Shown: positions 40,015 to 49,711 of the stretch, piece after piece
Layout of the letters: every line of letters begins with the position of its first letter
Numbering within the stretch: position 1 is the first letter of the stretch
Origin: an uncultured delta proteobacterium
GTDB lineage: Bacteria; Myxococcota; Myxococcia; Myxococcales; Anaeromyxobacteraceae
Assembly (NCBI GenBank): GCA_963845515.1
Contig: CAWJSR010000055.1
Coordinates: forward strand, 128,001-192,000
DNA: 64,000 nt
Reading direction: 5' to 3'
Notes under the pieces: model-generated
The model's input: only the letters and a program-made list of their open reading frames with translations
What the model was told of the DNA's origin: nothing
Databases searched by the model: none
Translations under genes and position numbers: made by a program

Positions 40015-40260
40015 ATGAAGACGACCGTGGAGATTCCCGACCCTGTCCTTTCGCAGGCGCGCAAGGTGGCCGCTCGCGAAGGGACGACGGTCCGCGCGCT
40101 GATCGAGGAGGGGCTCAGGAAGGTTCTGGGCGAGCGGGCGAAGGAGGGGGAGTTCCGGCTCCGCAAGGCGAGCTTCAAGGGCAAGGGGCTCCAGCCGGAG
40201 CTCCGCGACGCGGGCTGGGAGCGGATCCGGGACGCGGCCTACGAAGGGCACGGCTCGTGA
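40015..40260 (+). CDS. vapB: VapB-type antitoxin
   Basis: MKTTVEIPDPVLSQARKVAAREGTTVRALIEEGLR...YEGHGS*, overlapping the vapC GTG. Confidence 0.85.
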   Translation: MKTTVEIPDPVLSQARKVAAREGTTVRALIEEGLRKVLGERAKEGEFRLRKASFKGKGLQPELRDAGWERIRDAAYEGHGS

Positions 40261-40696
40261 TCGCCGTCGACACCAACATCCTGGTCTACGCGCACCGGGA
40301 GGACTCTCCCGTGTCACGCTCCCCGCGGCCGAGCGCGTCCGGCGGCGGCGGAGGGACGTGCGGCATGGGCCGTCCCGTGGCCCTGCGTCCTGGAGTTCCT
40401 CGCGATCGTCACCCACCCGCGCATCTACCAGCCGCCGACGCCTCTACCGGCGGCGGTCGCGCAGGTGGACGCCTGGCTGGAGTCGCCCTCGGTCGTGCTC
40501 CTCGCGGAGCCCGATGGCCACTGGCCGCGCCTCCGCGCGACGCTCGCGGTCGGCCGCGCGACGGGCCCGATGGTCCACGACGCGCGCGTCGCGGCGCTCT
40601 GCGCCGCGTACGAGGTGTCGGAGCTCTGGACGGCCGACCGGGACTTCGGACGGTTCCCAGGGGGTGCCGGCCCGGAACCCGCTCGTCGGTGGATGA
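40257..40696 (+). CDS. vapC: VapC PIN toxin (frameshifted)
   Basis: MIAVDTNILVYAHREDS...EFLAIVTHPRIY...VHDARVAALC...LWTADRDFGRFP...RNPL. Confidence 0.85.
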
Positions 40697-40728
40697 GGCA
40701 GGCCGGGCGCCGCCCGCTCCATCGAAGA

Positions 40729-40756
40729 ACCCTCTCCCCCGGTGGGGGAGAGGGGA
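40729..40756. repeat. REP-like hairpin (short copy)
   Basis: accctctccccggtgggggagagggga. Confidence 0.55.
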
Positions 40757-40772
40757 GTCGCCCTGCCGGCGA

Positions 40773-42395
40773 CTACAGCCCGATCTGCTTGAAGAAGTCG
40801 TTCCCCTTGTCATCCACGAGGATGAAGGCGGGGAAGTTCTCGACCTCGATCTTCCAGACGGCCTCCATCCCGAGCTCGGGGAAGTCGAGGACCTCGACCT
40901 TCTTGATGTTCTCCTCGGCGAGGACCGCGGCGGGGCCGCCCGGCGAGCCGAGGTAGAAGCCGCCCCACTTCTTGCACGCGTCGGTGACCTGCTGCGTGCG
41001 GTTCCCCTTCGCGATCATCACGAGCGAGCCGCCCTTCGCCTGGAGCAGGTCGACGTAGGAGTCCATGCGTCCGGCGGTGGTCGGGCCGAAGGAGCCCGAC
41101 GCCTTGCCCGGGGGAGTCTTGGCCGGGCCGGCGTAGTAGATCGGGTGCTTCGTCAGGTACTCGGGGATCGGCTTGCCCGCGTCCAGGATCTCCTTGAACT
41201 TCGCGTGCGCGATGTCGCGCCCCACGATGATCGTGCCGTTGAGCAGCAGCGGCGTCGAGACCGGGTGCTTGGAGAGCTCGGCCAGGATCTCCTTCATCGG
41301 CCGGTTGAGGTCGATCTTCACGCCGTGCTCGTGCTTCCCCACCTTGAACTGCTCGGGGATGAGCCGGCTCGGGGCGTGATCGAGCTCCTCGATGAAGAGC
41401 CCCTCCTTCGTGATCTTGGCCTTCACGTTCCGGTCGGCCGAGCAGGAGACCGCCATGCCGACGGGGCAGGAGGCGCCGTGGCGCGGCAGCCGGATCACCC
41501 GGATGTCATGGGCGAAGTACTTGCCGCCGAACTGGGCGCCGATGCCGAGCTTGTACGCCTTCTCCAGCAGCTTCTGCTCCAGCTCCAGGTCCCGGAAGGC
41601 CTGGCCGTGCTCGTTGCCGGCGGTCGGGAGCGCGTCGAGGTAGCGGGCCGACGCGAGCTTCACCGTCTTCATGCACTGGTCGGCCGAGGTGCCGCCGACG
41701 ACGATGGCGATGTGGTACGGCGGGCAGGCCGCCGTGCCGAGGTACTTCATCTTGTCGACGAGGAACTTCTCCAGCGTCGCGGGGTTGAGGAGGGCCTTCG
41801 TCTCCTGCCAGAGGCTCGTCTTGTTGGCCGAGCCGCCGCCCTTCGCGATGAAGAGGAACTTGTACTCCATGCCCTGCGTCGCGATGAGGTCGATCTGGGC
41901 CGGCAGGTTGGTGCCGGTGTTGACCTCCTTGTACATGTCGAGCGCCGCGGTCTGCGAGTAGCGCAGGTTCTCCTTCGTGTAGGTCGCGTAGACGCCCTTC
42001 GAGAGCCACTCCTCGTCGTTGGCGCCGGTCCAGACCTGCTGCCCCTTCTTCCCCATGATCGTCGCGGTGCCGGTGTCCTGGCAGATGGGCAGCTCGCCGC
42101 GCGCGGCGATCTCGGCGTTCTTCAGGAAGGCGAGGGCGACCCCCTTGTCGTTCTGCGACGACTCGGAGTCGGCGAGGATCTTGGCGACCTGCTCGTTGTG
42201 CGAGGGGCGGAGGAAGAACGAGACCTCGCGCATCGCCTCGCGGGCGAGCGTCTCGAGCGCCGACGGGTCGACCTTGAGGATCTCCTTGCCGTCGAACTGC
42301 GCGACCGAGACCCCATCCTTGCCGATGGAGCGGTACTGGGTCGTGTCCTTACCGAGCGGGAACGGATCCTGGTACTGGAAGGCGGGAGTCGCCAT
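40773..42395 (-). CDS. fumA: Class I (Fe-S) fumarate hydratase
   Basis: [57 protein letters not shown]. Confidence 0.93.
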   Translation of the reverse strand: MATPAFQYQDPFPLGKDTTQYRSIGKDGVSVAQFDGKEILKVDPSALETLAREAMREVSFFLRPSHNEQVAKILADSESSQNDKGVALAFLKNAEIAARGELPICQDTGTATIMGKKGQQVWTGANDEEWLSKGVYATYTKENLRYSQTAALDMYKEVNTGTNLPAQIDLIATQGMEYKFLFIAKGGGSANKTSLWQETKALLNPATLEKFLVDKMKYLGTAACPPYHIAIVVGGTSADQCMKTVKLASARYLDALPTAGNEHGQAFRDLELEQKLLEKAYKLGIGAQFGGKYFAHDIRVIRLPRHGASCPVGMAVSCSADRNVKAKITKEGLFIEELDHAPSRLIPEQFKVGKHEHGVKIDLNRPMKEILAELSKHPVSTPLLLNGTIIVGRDIAHAKFKEILDAGKPIPEYLTKHPIYYAGPAKTPPGKASGSFGPTTAGRMDSYVDLLQAKGGSLVMIAKGNRTQQVTDACKKWGGFYLGSPGGPAAVLAEENIKKVEVLDFPELGMEAVWKIEVENFPAFILVDDKGNDFFKQIGL

Positions 42396-42516
42396 GGCTA
42401 CGCATCTCCTGTTTGGACGAAGGGGTTCGGAAATGGGGCTGTGCGGAGTGGCAAGGTAACCACAGCCTCCGAGCGGTGTCGACGGACGAGATCGCGCGGG
42501 GATAGAATGCCGCCCC

Positions 42517-42840
42517 ATGGCGAAACCCAAGATCGACGAGCTGGTGAAGGGGAAGGGGCCGGAGGCCGTCCGCGGCAAGACGGTCGAGGTCCACTACACC
42601 GGCTGGCTCACGGACGGTAAGCAGTTCGACTCCTCGGTCGGCGGGACGCCCTTCTCCTTCCGGCTGGGCGCCGGCGAGGTGATCGAGGGCTGGGACCGAG
42701 GCGTGGCAGGCATGAAGGTCGGCGGCAAGCGGAAGCTCACCCTCCCCCCCGAGCTGGCCTACGGAGCCGCCGGCGCGCCGCCGGACATCCCGCCCAACTC
42801 GACGCTGGTCTTCGAGGTCGAGCTGCTGGCGGTGTATTAG
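42517..42840 (+). CDS. FKBP-type peptidyl-prolyl isomerase
   Basis: [44 protein letters not shown]. Confidence 0.96.
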   Translation: MAKPKIDELVKGKGPEAVRGKTVEVHYTGWLTDGKQFDSSVGGTPFSFRLGAGEVIEGWDRGVAGMKVGGKRKLTLPPELAYGAAGAPPDIPPNSTLVFEVELLAVY

Positions 42841-43076
42841 CCGCGCGCCTTCAGGAAGAAGACGATCCCGCCGCCGAGGGCGACGAGGCCGGTGACGATG
42901 TACATCGCGCCCGCCAGCATCGCCTTCGTGCCGACGAGCAGGCCGGAGTTGGTGCGCATCTCGCGCCGCAGGAAGCCGTCGCGCAGTCCGAGCCACGCCG
43001 ACGCGGCGCCGCCGAGGACGAGCACCGCCACGATGCCGACGTGGAGCGGGTTGGAGGGGTCGAGGAGAGGCTCCAA
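42837..43076 (-). CDS. Small two-TM hypothetical protein
   Basis: Two hydrophobic stretches; fills the gap directly after pepD. Confidence 0.6.
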   Translation of the reverse strand: MEPLLDPSNPLHVGIVAVLVLGGAASAWLGLRDGFLRREMRTNSGLLVGTKAMLAGAMYIVTGLVALGGGIVFFLKARG

Positions 43077-43077
43077 C

Positions 43078-44538
43078 CTAGGTCCCCTTGCCGATCCGCT
43101 CGAGGACCGCCACCAGCAGCTTCCAGAACGTGGCGACCGACGGCACGCTCACCCGCTCGTCGGGGGTGTGGGCGTCGGTGAGGGTCGGGCCGAAGGAGAC
43201 CATCTCCGTCCCGGGGTACTTCTCGCCGATGATCCCGCACTCCAGCCCGGCGTGGAGCGCGCGGACCGCCATCGCCCTCCCGAAGTGCTCGGCGTGAACC
43301 GCGTCCACGAGCCTGACCAGCCCCGCGCCCGGCTCGGGCTTCCAGCCTGGGTAACCGCCCTGCAGCTCCATCGAGAAGCCGGCTAGCGCGCAGGCGGCCC
43401 CAATCCGCTCCACGAGCGCGCGGCGCGACGCGTCCACGGCGCTGCGCGTCAGGAAGCAGATCTGGGCGTGGCTGCCCTGCGTCTCGGCGATCCCGAGGTT
43501 GGTGGACGTCTGGACGAGCCCGGGCAGCTCCGGGCTCATCTCCTCGACCCCGTGCGGAGCCGCGGCCAGGAGCCCCGCGACGACGAACGCGTCGTCGGCC
43601 GACATCGGGGCGCCGTCCTCCGCCGCTTCGACGTTGAACGAGATCCCCGGATCGAGCCGGCCGTACGACGCGCGCCGCTCGGCCGAGAGCCGCGCGACGT
43701 CGGCCTCGATCGCGCCGCGCCTGGCAGGGTCAGCCCGGACGATGGCGAACGCCTCGCGAGGGATGGCGTTCCGCTTGTTCCCGCCCGCCGCGCTGACGAG
43801 CTCCAGCCCGTGCGCTGGGATCAGCGCGACGAGCAGCTGGCCGAGGAGCCGCAGCGCGTTGGCGCGGCCGGAGGCGATGTCGGTGCCGGAGTGGCCGCCC
43901 TTGAGGCCGGTGACCCGCAGACGGAGCGCCACCCTCCCCGGCGCCGGCGGTGCGCGCGTCAGCCGGCGCGTCGCCACCGCGTCGATCCCGCCCGCGCAGC
44001 CGATGATCAGCTCGCCCTCCTGCTCGCTGTCCAGGTTGAGCAGGTAGCGGGCGCGCAGCCAGCCGGGCTCGACCGCCTGCGCGCCGGTGAGCCCGGTCTC
44101 CTCGTCCACGGTGAAGAGCGCCTCGAGCGGCCCGTGAGTCAGCTCCTTCGAGGCCAGGACGGCGAGCGCAGCCGCGACCCCCATGCCGTCGTCCGCGCCC
44201 AGCGTGGTTCCGCGGGCACGGACCTGGTCGCCGTCGACGTAGACGTCGATAGGGTCGCGCGCGAAGTCGTGGGCAGTCCGCTCGTTCTTCTCGCAGACCA
44301 TGTCGACGTGGGACTGGAGGGCGACGACCGGGGCCGCCTCGCAGCCCGGCGTCGCGCGCTTGCGCGCCAGGACGTTGCCGGCCGCGTCCTGCTCGACGTC
44401 ACAGCCTGCTGCGCGGGCCTGGTCCATCACCCACCGCGCGGCCGCCGCCTCGTTCTTCGAGCCGCGGGGGATCCGCGACAGGTCCAGGAAGTAACGCCAG
44501 AGCAGGCGGGGTTCGAGCGAAGTGAGCGTGTCGGCCAA
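43078..44538 (-). CDS. pepD: Aminoacyl-histidine dipeptidase (M20C)
   Basis: LQSHVDMVCEK, TTLGADD, TVDEETGLTGA, NLDSE, GLKGGHSG, HAGLECG, HTPDE. Confidence 0.93.
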   Translation of the reverse strand: MADTLTSLEPRLLWRYFLDLSRIPRGSKNEAAAARWVMDQARAAGCDVEQDAAGNVLARKRATPGCEAAPVVALQSHVDMVCEKNERTAHDFARDPIDVYVDGDQVRARGTTLGADDGMGVAAALAVLASKELTHGPLEALFTVDEETGLTGAQAVEPGWLRARYLLNLDSEQEGELIIGCAGGIDAVATRRLTRAPPAPGRVALRLRVTGLKGGHSGTDIASGRANALRLLGQLLVALIPAHGLELVSAAGGNKRNAIPREAFAIVRADPARRGAIEADVARLSAERRASYGRLDPGISFNVEAAEDGAPMSADDAFVVAGLLAAAPHGVEEMSPELPGLVQTSTNLGIAETQGSHAQICFLTRSAVDASRRALVERIGAACALAGFSMELQGGYPGWKPEPGAGLVRLVDAVHAEHFGRAMAVRALHAGLECGIIGEKYPGTEMVSFGPTLTDAHTPDERVSVPSVATFWKLLVAVLERIGKGT

Positions 44539-44623
44539 GCCTGGTCCCTCCGTGCCTGCGGCGCCCTGCCGCAGCGGACCCTCTTTTACAGGAACTTAGA
44601 GGCGAGGGCACCCCCCAGAGGCC

Positions 44624-45214
44624 TTACAGAACCCCACCCGAAAGTAGGGCAGAGACGAGCTCCCGGCTCACGCGGGCGTGGTTGCTCCGCCATTCGGCGT
44701 TGGCCTCCGGCCCGACCCGGTTGGCCACCGCCAGCGCAGCGGCGGCGGGAACGCCCGCTTCGGCACAGGCCGCGAAGACGCCGGTCAGCTCCAGGTGCTC
44801 GGCGGCCGCCAGGGTCGACAGCCGCCGCGCCCCCTCCAGCGTGCAGGTGATCGCCGGAGGGACGGCGACCGCGAAGCCCGGGAGCGGCAGAGACCAGCCC
44901 GCCGGCCAGCGGGTCCGCTCGATCTCCGGCCTGAACGCCCTGCCCTCCAGCTCGTCGAGCGAGGTGGCGATCGCCTCTGAGGCGCAGAGGTGCGCCCCGA
45001 CGGCGAGCCGCCCGTCGTAGGCGCCGCAGGTCCCGATGAAGAGGACCCGGGCCGTCCTCGCCTCGACCAGGAGCCGCGCCGTGGCGGCTGCCGCGGCGAG
45101 CGCGCCCACGCCCGTCAGCGCCACGCGCCAGCCCGCCGGCGGCGCGGCGTCGAGGCCGGCGAGCTCCGGCGAGAAGGCGGCGAGGAGGAGGTTCTCTGCG
45201 GGACGTGACGTCAT
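44624..45214 (-). CDS. PNP/UDP-1 family nucleoside phosphorylase/hydrolase (MTAN/MqnB-like)
   Basis: TGVG, FIGTCG, EHLE, ANRVG motifs. Confidence 0.65.
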   Translation of the reverse strand: MTSRPAENLLLAAFSPELAGLDAAPPAGWRVALTGVGALAAAAATARLLVEARTARVLFIGTCGAYDGRLAVGAHLCASEAIATSLDELEGRAFRPEIERTRWPAGWSLPLPGFAVAVPPAITCTLEGARRLSTLAAAEHLELTGVFAACAEAGVPAAAALAVANRVGPEANAEWRSNHARVSRELVSALLSGGVL

Positions 45215-45304
45215 GCCCGACGTGATGCTACGCGGCGCGCACGTCGGCGTCGACTCCTGCTCTCCACCGAACGTCGCCGGCGGTCCACCGCTCCGGACCC
45301 GTCA

Positions 45305-47272
45305 TCAGGGGCAGGGGGCGACCCCGTCGCTGAACGGAGTGCACCAGCCGGTGAAGGCGGAGCATCTCGTCCCCTCGACGCAGAACAGGTCGGCGGAAGC
45401 GTCGCACACCCCGCCGGCCGGCACGGTCCCCTCGACGCAGAGCCCCGACGACGCGCAGCCGAGCCCCCAGCAGCCTCCATGCTCTGCGCAGTCATCTCCT
45501 GCGCGCCAAGGAATGTCCGCGCAGCGCGTACCGGCGGCTGCGCTGCAATAGACGCCCATGCCGCACGCGGCAGCGGCGCAGCTCTCCCCTACGGGCACCA
45601 ACGGACGGCAGCGCCGGTCCTCGGCGCAGCCGAGCCCCGTCTGGCAGTCGTTGTTGAACCCGGAGCAGTACTCAGCAACGGCGAGCCGGGGCCTGCAGAC
45701 GCCGGAGTCACAGTAGAGCCCAGGCAGGCACGAGTCGACGCCGCGACCGCAGGGCTCCCCCTCGGCACCTGGCACGTCGGGGACGCAGAGGTGGGTTGCC
45801 CAGTCGCAGGCGCCCGAAAGGCACTCCCCGGAGTCGGAGCAGTCGCTGCCCTCGGGCTTCCTCGCCGCGCAGAGCCAGGGGCAGGTAATGCCGGCATCGC
45901 ACCAGCCGGTCGCGCACTCGTCGCTCGAACCGCAGACGTCCCCGTCGGCAACGGTGCCCGTGAAGACGCCATCGCAGACCGCCGGGCCGCTCCCCCCATC
46001 GAGCTCCGCGCAGGTCGCAGCCTCGATCGCCGCCAGGCACTCGGTCGCCATCGCCGGGTCGTAGGCGATGCGCCCCGCATCGACGGAGGCCCTTCGCCTG
46101 AGTGCCGACCCGTTCGCGTGCTCCGCGCCGATCGCCACGAAGACGGCGCCGATCTTCTCGCACGACAGATTCCTGGCCCAGTAGGCGTCCATGATCATGG
46201 CAGCGCCCCCTCCCGCCGTCGCGAGGTCCCTCGCGACCGGCGTCGCTTCGACCGAGACCGAGACCGGCAACACCAGCGAGTTGGAGGCCCCGGCCGCCTC
46301 GAGGATGAGCATCCCCGACCAGGTTCCGGACGGCAGCGCCCCAGCTTCGACGGAGACCACGACGGTGAAGGGCGCGCTCGTGCCGCCGACCGTCGCGCCG
46401 AGCCAGGCCGCCGTCGAGGTCACGGTCGGCGCCGGGAGCGTGCCGGTGCCCGAGTTGCTCACGGTGAAGCTCTTCGCTGCCGGGCTCGCGCCGTACGGCA
46501 AGGAGAAGGAGAGGCCGGGGACCGAGGCGGCGATCGTGGGCTGGGTCACCGTGTAGACGACCGGAATCAGGAGCGGGGAGTTGACCGCGTGGTCGTCAGT
46601 GATGGTCAGCGTCCCCGCGTACCTGCCGGCTTCGAGCCCGGCGGCGACCGTGACCGTCACCCCGCTGGCCATGGCGATCGGCATGGGCACGGAGGGGGTG
46701 ACCGTGAGCCACGCCTGGTCGCAGACGATCGTGACGTTGTCGAGTACGCCAGTCCCCGCGCTGGCGATGGAGAGTTCCTGCGCGGCCGCCGCCGCCCCGC
46801 CGAAGGCGCTGGTGAAGGTGAGGCGCGCCTTGTCCACCGCGATCACCGGGCTGAGCTCATCCCGCGAGATCTCCAGGACGACGGTGAGGGTCCTGCAGGC
46901 CGCACCGCTCGCACAGACCTCGACGGTCGCGAGTTGCAGTCCCTCCGGCACCGCGGTCGTGGAGGGGCGAACCGTCAGCGTCCAGGCCGAGCCAGAGCCG
47001 TCGAGGTCCACCTCGAGCCAGCCGCTCGTCGCGCCGGGGTACGCGACGGCCACGAGGGTCGAGGCGAGCGTCCCGCCGCGCGAGTAGCCGACGTCGACGG
47101 TCTTGGCGTCCGGCAACGCGCCCCCGGCCCTGATCGGCCCGAAGTCGACCCGCGTCGCCGAGAGCGTCAGCTCCGGACCGGGCGCGGACTCTTCGGCCGG
47201 GCAGCCGACCAGGGTCGCGGCCAGCACAGCCGCCAGCAGCGCGCCGCGGCGCGCCTCGAACTTCGCCGTCAT
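45305..47272 (-). CDS. Lipoprotein with three Ig/BACON-like repeats and a myxobacterial-type Cys-rich C-terminus
   Basis: Lipobox LVG-C; repeats with GWLEV / AWLTV / AWLGA; GRIAYD...CL; repeated C-x5-C-x2-G-x2-C units. Confidence 0.75.
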   Translation of the reverse strand: MTAKFEARRGALLAAVLAATLVGCPAEESAPGPELTLSATRVDFGPIRAGGALPDAKTVDVGYSRGGTLASTLVAVAYPGATSGWLEVDLDGSGSAWTLTVRPSTTAVPEGLQLATVEVCASGAACRTLTVVLEISRDELSPVIAVDKARLTFTSAFGGAAAAAQELSIASAGTGVLDNVTIVCDQAWLTVTPSVPMPIAMASGVTVTVAAGLEAGRYAGTLTITDDHAVNSPLLIPVVYTVTQPTIAASVPGLSFSLPYGASPAAKSFTVSNSGTGTLPAPTVTSTAAWLGATVGGTSAPFTVVVSVEAGALPSGTWSGMLILEAAGASNSLVLPVSVSVEATPVARDLATAGGGAAMIMDAYWARNLSCEKIGAVFVAIGAEHANGSALRRRASVDAGRIAYDPAMATECLAAIEAATCAELDGGSGPAVCDGVFTGTVADGDVCGSSDECATGWCDAGITCPWLCAARKPEGSDCSDSGECLSGACDWATHLCVPDVPGAEGEPCGRGVDSCLPGLYCDSGVCRPRLAVAEYCSGFNNDCQTGLGCAEDRRCRPLVPVGESCAAAACGMGVYCSAAAGTRCADIPWRAGDDCAEHGGCWGLGCASSGLCVEGTVPAGGVCDASADLFCVEGTRCSAFTGWCTPFSDGVAPCP

Positions 47273-47491
47273 GGTCCGTACCCCCCGAGGCACGCATCTT
47301 GTCAACGCGGCAGCCTCACCGCAAGCAAAGGAATGGACCAGCCCGACCGACGAGCCGAGTCAGCACGTGCTGCTGCGGGAGCGGAACCCGAGCGCCTTCA
47401 CCTCCGTAGATCCCGGTACGCCCGCGCACCCTTCCGCCCCATTCCCGGGTCCGTTAGAATCGCGCCCCCTCAGCACCCGGAGCGCGCAGCG

Positions 47492-48385
47492 ATGCACAGC
47501 AAGCCCAACAAGTTCCGCGTCGGCCTCGTCCAGATGGCGATGTCGAGCGACCCGCAGGCCAACGAAGAGAAGGCCGCCGCGAAGGTGGAGGAGGCCGCCC
47601 GCGACGGGGCGGAGGTCGTCTGCCTGCCCGAGATGTACCGGACGCCCTACTTCTGCCAGCGCGAGGACGCGGCGCTCTTCGACCTCGCCGAGCCGGTCGC
47701 CGGCCCCAGCGGCGCGCGCTTCGCGAAGGTCGCGAAGCAGGCGGGCGTCGCGGTCATCGTCCCGATCTTCGAGAGGCGCGCGGCCGGGCTCTACCACAAC
47801 AGCGCGATCGTCATCGACGCCGACGGCCAGACCGTCGGCCTCTACCGCAAGATGCACATCCCCGACGACCCTGCCTTCTACGAGAAGTTCTACTTTGCGC
47901 CTGGCGACCTGGGGTTCAAGGCGTTCGACGTGAAGGCGGGGCGCATCGGCACGCTCATCTGCTGGGACCAGTGGTACCCGGAGGGCGCGCGGCTCACGGC
48001 GCTGCAAGGGGCCTCGATCCTGTTCTACCCGACCGCGATCGGTTGGCACCCCGCCGAGAAGGCGGAGCACGGCGCCTCGCAGCGCGACGCGTGGCGCACG
48101 GTCCAGCGCGGCCACGCGGTGGCCAACGGCGTCTACGTCGCGGCGGTGAACCGCGTCGGCCACGAGGTCTTCAACCCGGGCACGCCGGGGCTCCAGTTCT
48201 GGGGCAGCTCCTTCCTCTGCGACCCGCTCGGCGTCGTGATCGCCGAGGCGTCGATCGACGCGGAGGAGACCCTGATCGGCGAGGTGGACCTCGGCCGGAT
48301 CGAGGAGGTCCGGCGCGGCTGGCCGTTCCTCCGCGACCGGCGGATCGACGCGTACGGCGACGTCGTGAAGAGGTTCATCGATTGA
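47492..48385 (+). CDS. aguB: N-carbamoylputrescine amidohydrolase (nitrilase family)
   Basis: CLPE, YRKMHIPDDPAFYEKFYF, ICWDQWYPE, YPTAIGW, WPFLRDRR; adjacent to agmatine deiminase. Confidence 0.9.
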   Translation: MHSKPNKFRVGLVQMAMSSDPQANEEKAAAKVEEAARDGAEVVCLPEMYRTPYFCQREDAALFDLAEPVAGPSGARFAKVAKQAGVAVIVPIFERRAAGLYHNSAIVIDADGQTVGLYRKMHIPDDPAFYEKFYFAPGDLGFKAFDVKAGRIGTLICWDQWYPEGARLTALQGASILFYPTAIGWHPAEKAEHGASQRDAWRTVQRGHAVANGVYVAAVNRVGHEVFNPGTPGLQFWGSSFLCDPLGVVIAEASIDAEETLIGEVDLGRIEEVRRGWPFLRDRRIDAYGDVVKRFID

Positions 48386-48426
48386 GCCCGGCGAACGGAG
48401 GGACGCCGGAGGCGCAGGGCTTCGCC

Positions 48427-49456
48427 ATGCCTGCCGAGTGGGCGCGGCACGAGGCGACGTGGCTCTCCTTCCCGCACAACGCCGCCGACTGGCCGGGCAA
48501 GTTCGCCCCGATCCCGTGGGCCTACGCGGAGATCGTCCGCTGGGCCGCCGAGGGGGAGACCGTCCGGCTCATCGTCAAGGACGCCGCCCACGAGAAGAGC
48601 GCCCGCCGCGTGCTCGGGCGCTCCGGCATCCCGCTCGACCGCGTCCAGCTCCTGCGCTGGCCCACCGACCGGGGCTGGATGCGTGACACCGGACCGATCT
48701 GGGTGACGCGCGCCAGGCGCCCGGGCGATCGTCCGGTTCCGCTTCGACGGCTGGTCCAAGTACCCGAACTGGAAGAGGGACGTGAAGCTCCCGGAGCGGG
48801 CGGCGGCGCGGCTCGACGCCGAGCTCCTGCCGATGGTCCACCGCGACCGCGAGGTGATCCTGGAGGGCGGCGCCATCGACGTGAACGGCGCCGGCACGAT
48901 CCTCACGACCGAGGAGTGCATGCTCGACCCGAAGGTCCAGGTCCGGAACCCGGGCTTCGGGCGCGCCGACTACGAGGCCGTCTTCCGCGACGCGCTCGGG
49001 GCACGGAACACGATCTGGCTCGGGCGCGGCATCGCCGGCGACGACACGCACGGCCACGTGGACGACCTCGCCCGCTTCGTGGGGCAGAAGACCGTCGTCC
49101 TCGTCCGCGAGGACGATCCGAAGGATCCCAACTACGCGCCGCTCGAGGAGAACCGCGAGCGGCTCCAGGGCGCGCGGCTGGAGGACGGCTCGCGGCCCGA
49201 GGTCGTCTACCTGCCGATGCCCGGGCCGGTCGTCTTCGACGGTCAGCGGCTGCCGGCGAGCTACGCCAACTTCTACATCGCCAACGCAGCGGTCCTGGTG
49301 CCGACCTTCGACGACCCCTCCGACCGCGAGGCGCTCGGGATCCTCGGAGACCTCTTCAAGGACCGGCCCGTCGTCGGGATCCACGCCCGCGACCTCGTCT
49401 GGGGGCTCGGCACTATCCACTGCCTCTCGCAGCAGGAGCCGGCAGTACCCCTGTAA
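48427..49456 (+). CDS. aguA: Agmatine deiminase; frameshift near 48715
   Basis: MPAEW, WMRDTGP, LEGGAIDVNG, DDTHGHVDD, ASYANFYIAN, GTIHCLSQQ. Confidence 0.92.
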
Positions 49457-49580
49457 TCGGCCGGAGGTCCGTCTCGTTTCCGGGCGCCGCCCGCCCGAAC
49501 CGCTCCGCAGTCGAGGCAGCCGTGGAGGCCCTTCTTGGGGCTCCGCGCCAAATTTCCTCGTTTCGTGCGACCGCGCGCTA

Positions 49581-49596
49581 TGGCGCACTCCTTGCG
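49581..49596 (+). promoter_or_regulatory. Candidate sigma54 promoter of the lipase-like gene
   Basis: TGGCGCACTCCTTGCG = TGGC-N7-TTGC, ~115 nt upstream of ATG 49712. Confidence 0.55.
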
Positions 49597-49711
49597 TTGC
49601 GTGCTACCGATTCAGGGCTCGGCACGGCGGGGGATCAGAATCACCATCGGTCACCCCTCTGCGCCCACGTCGTTCACCGTTCGTGGCATCGCATACGCGG
49701 AGGATCCCCCG

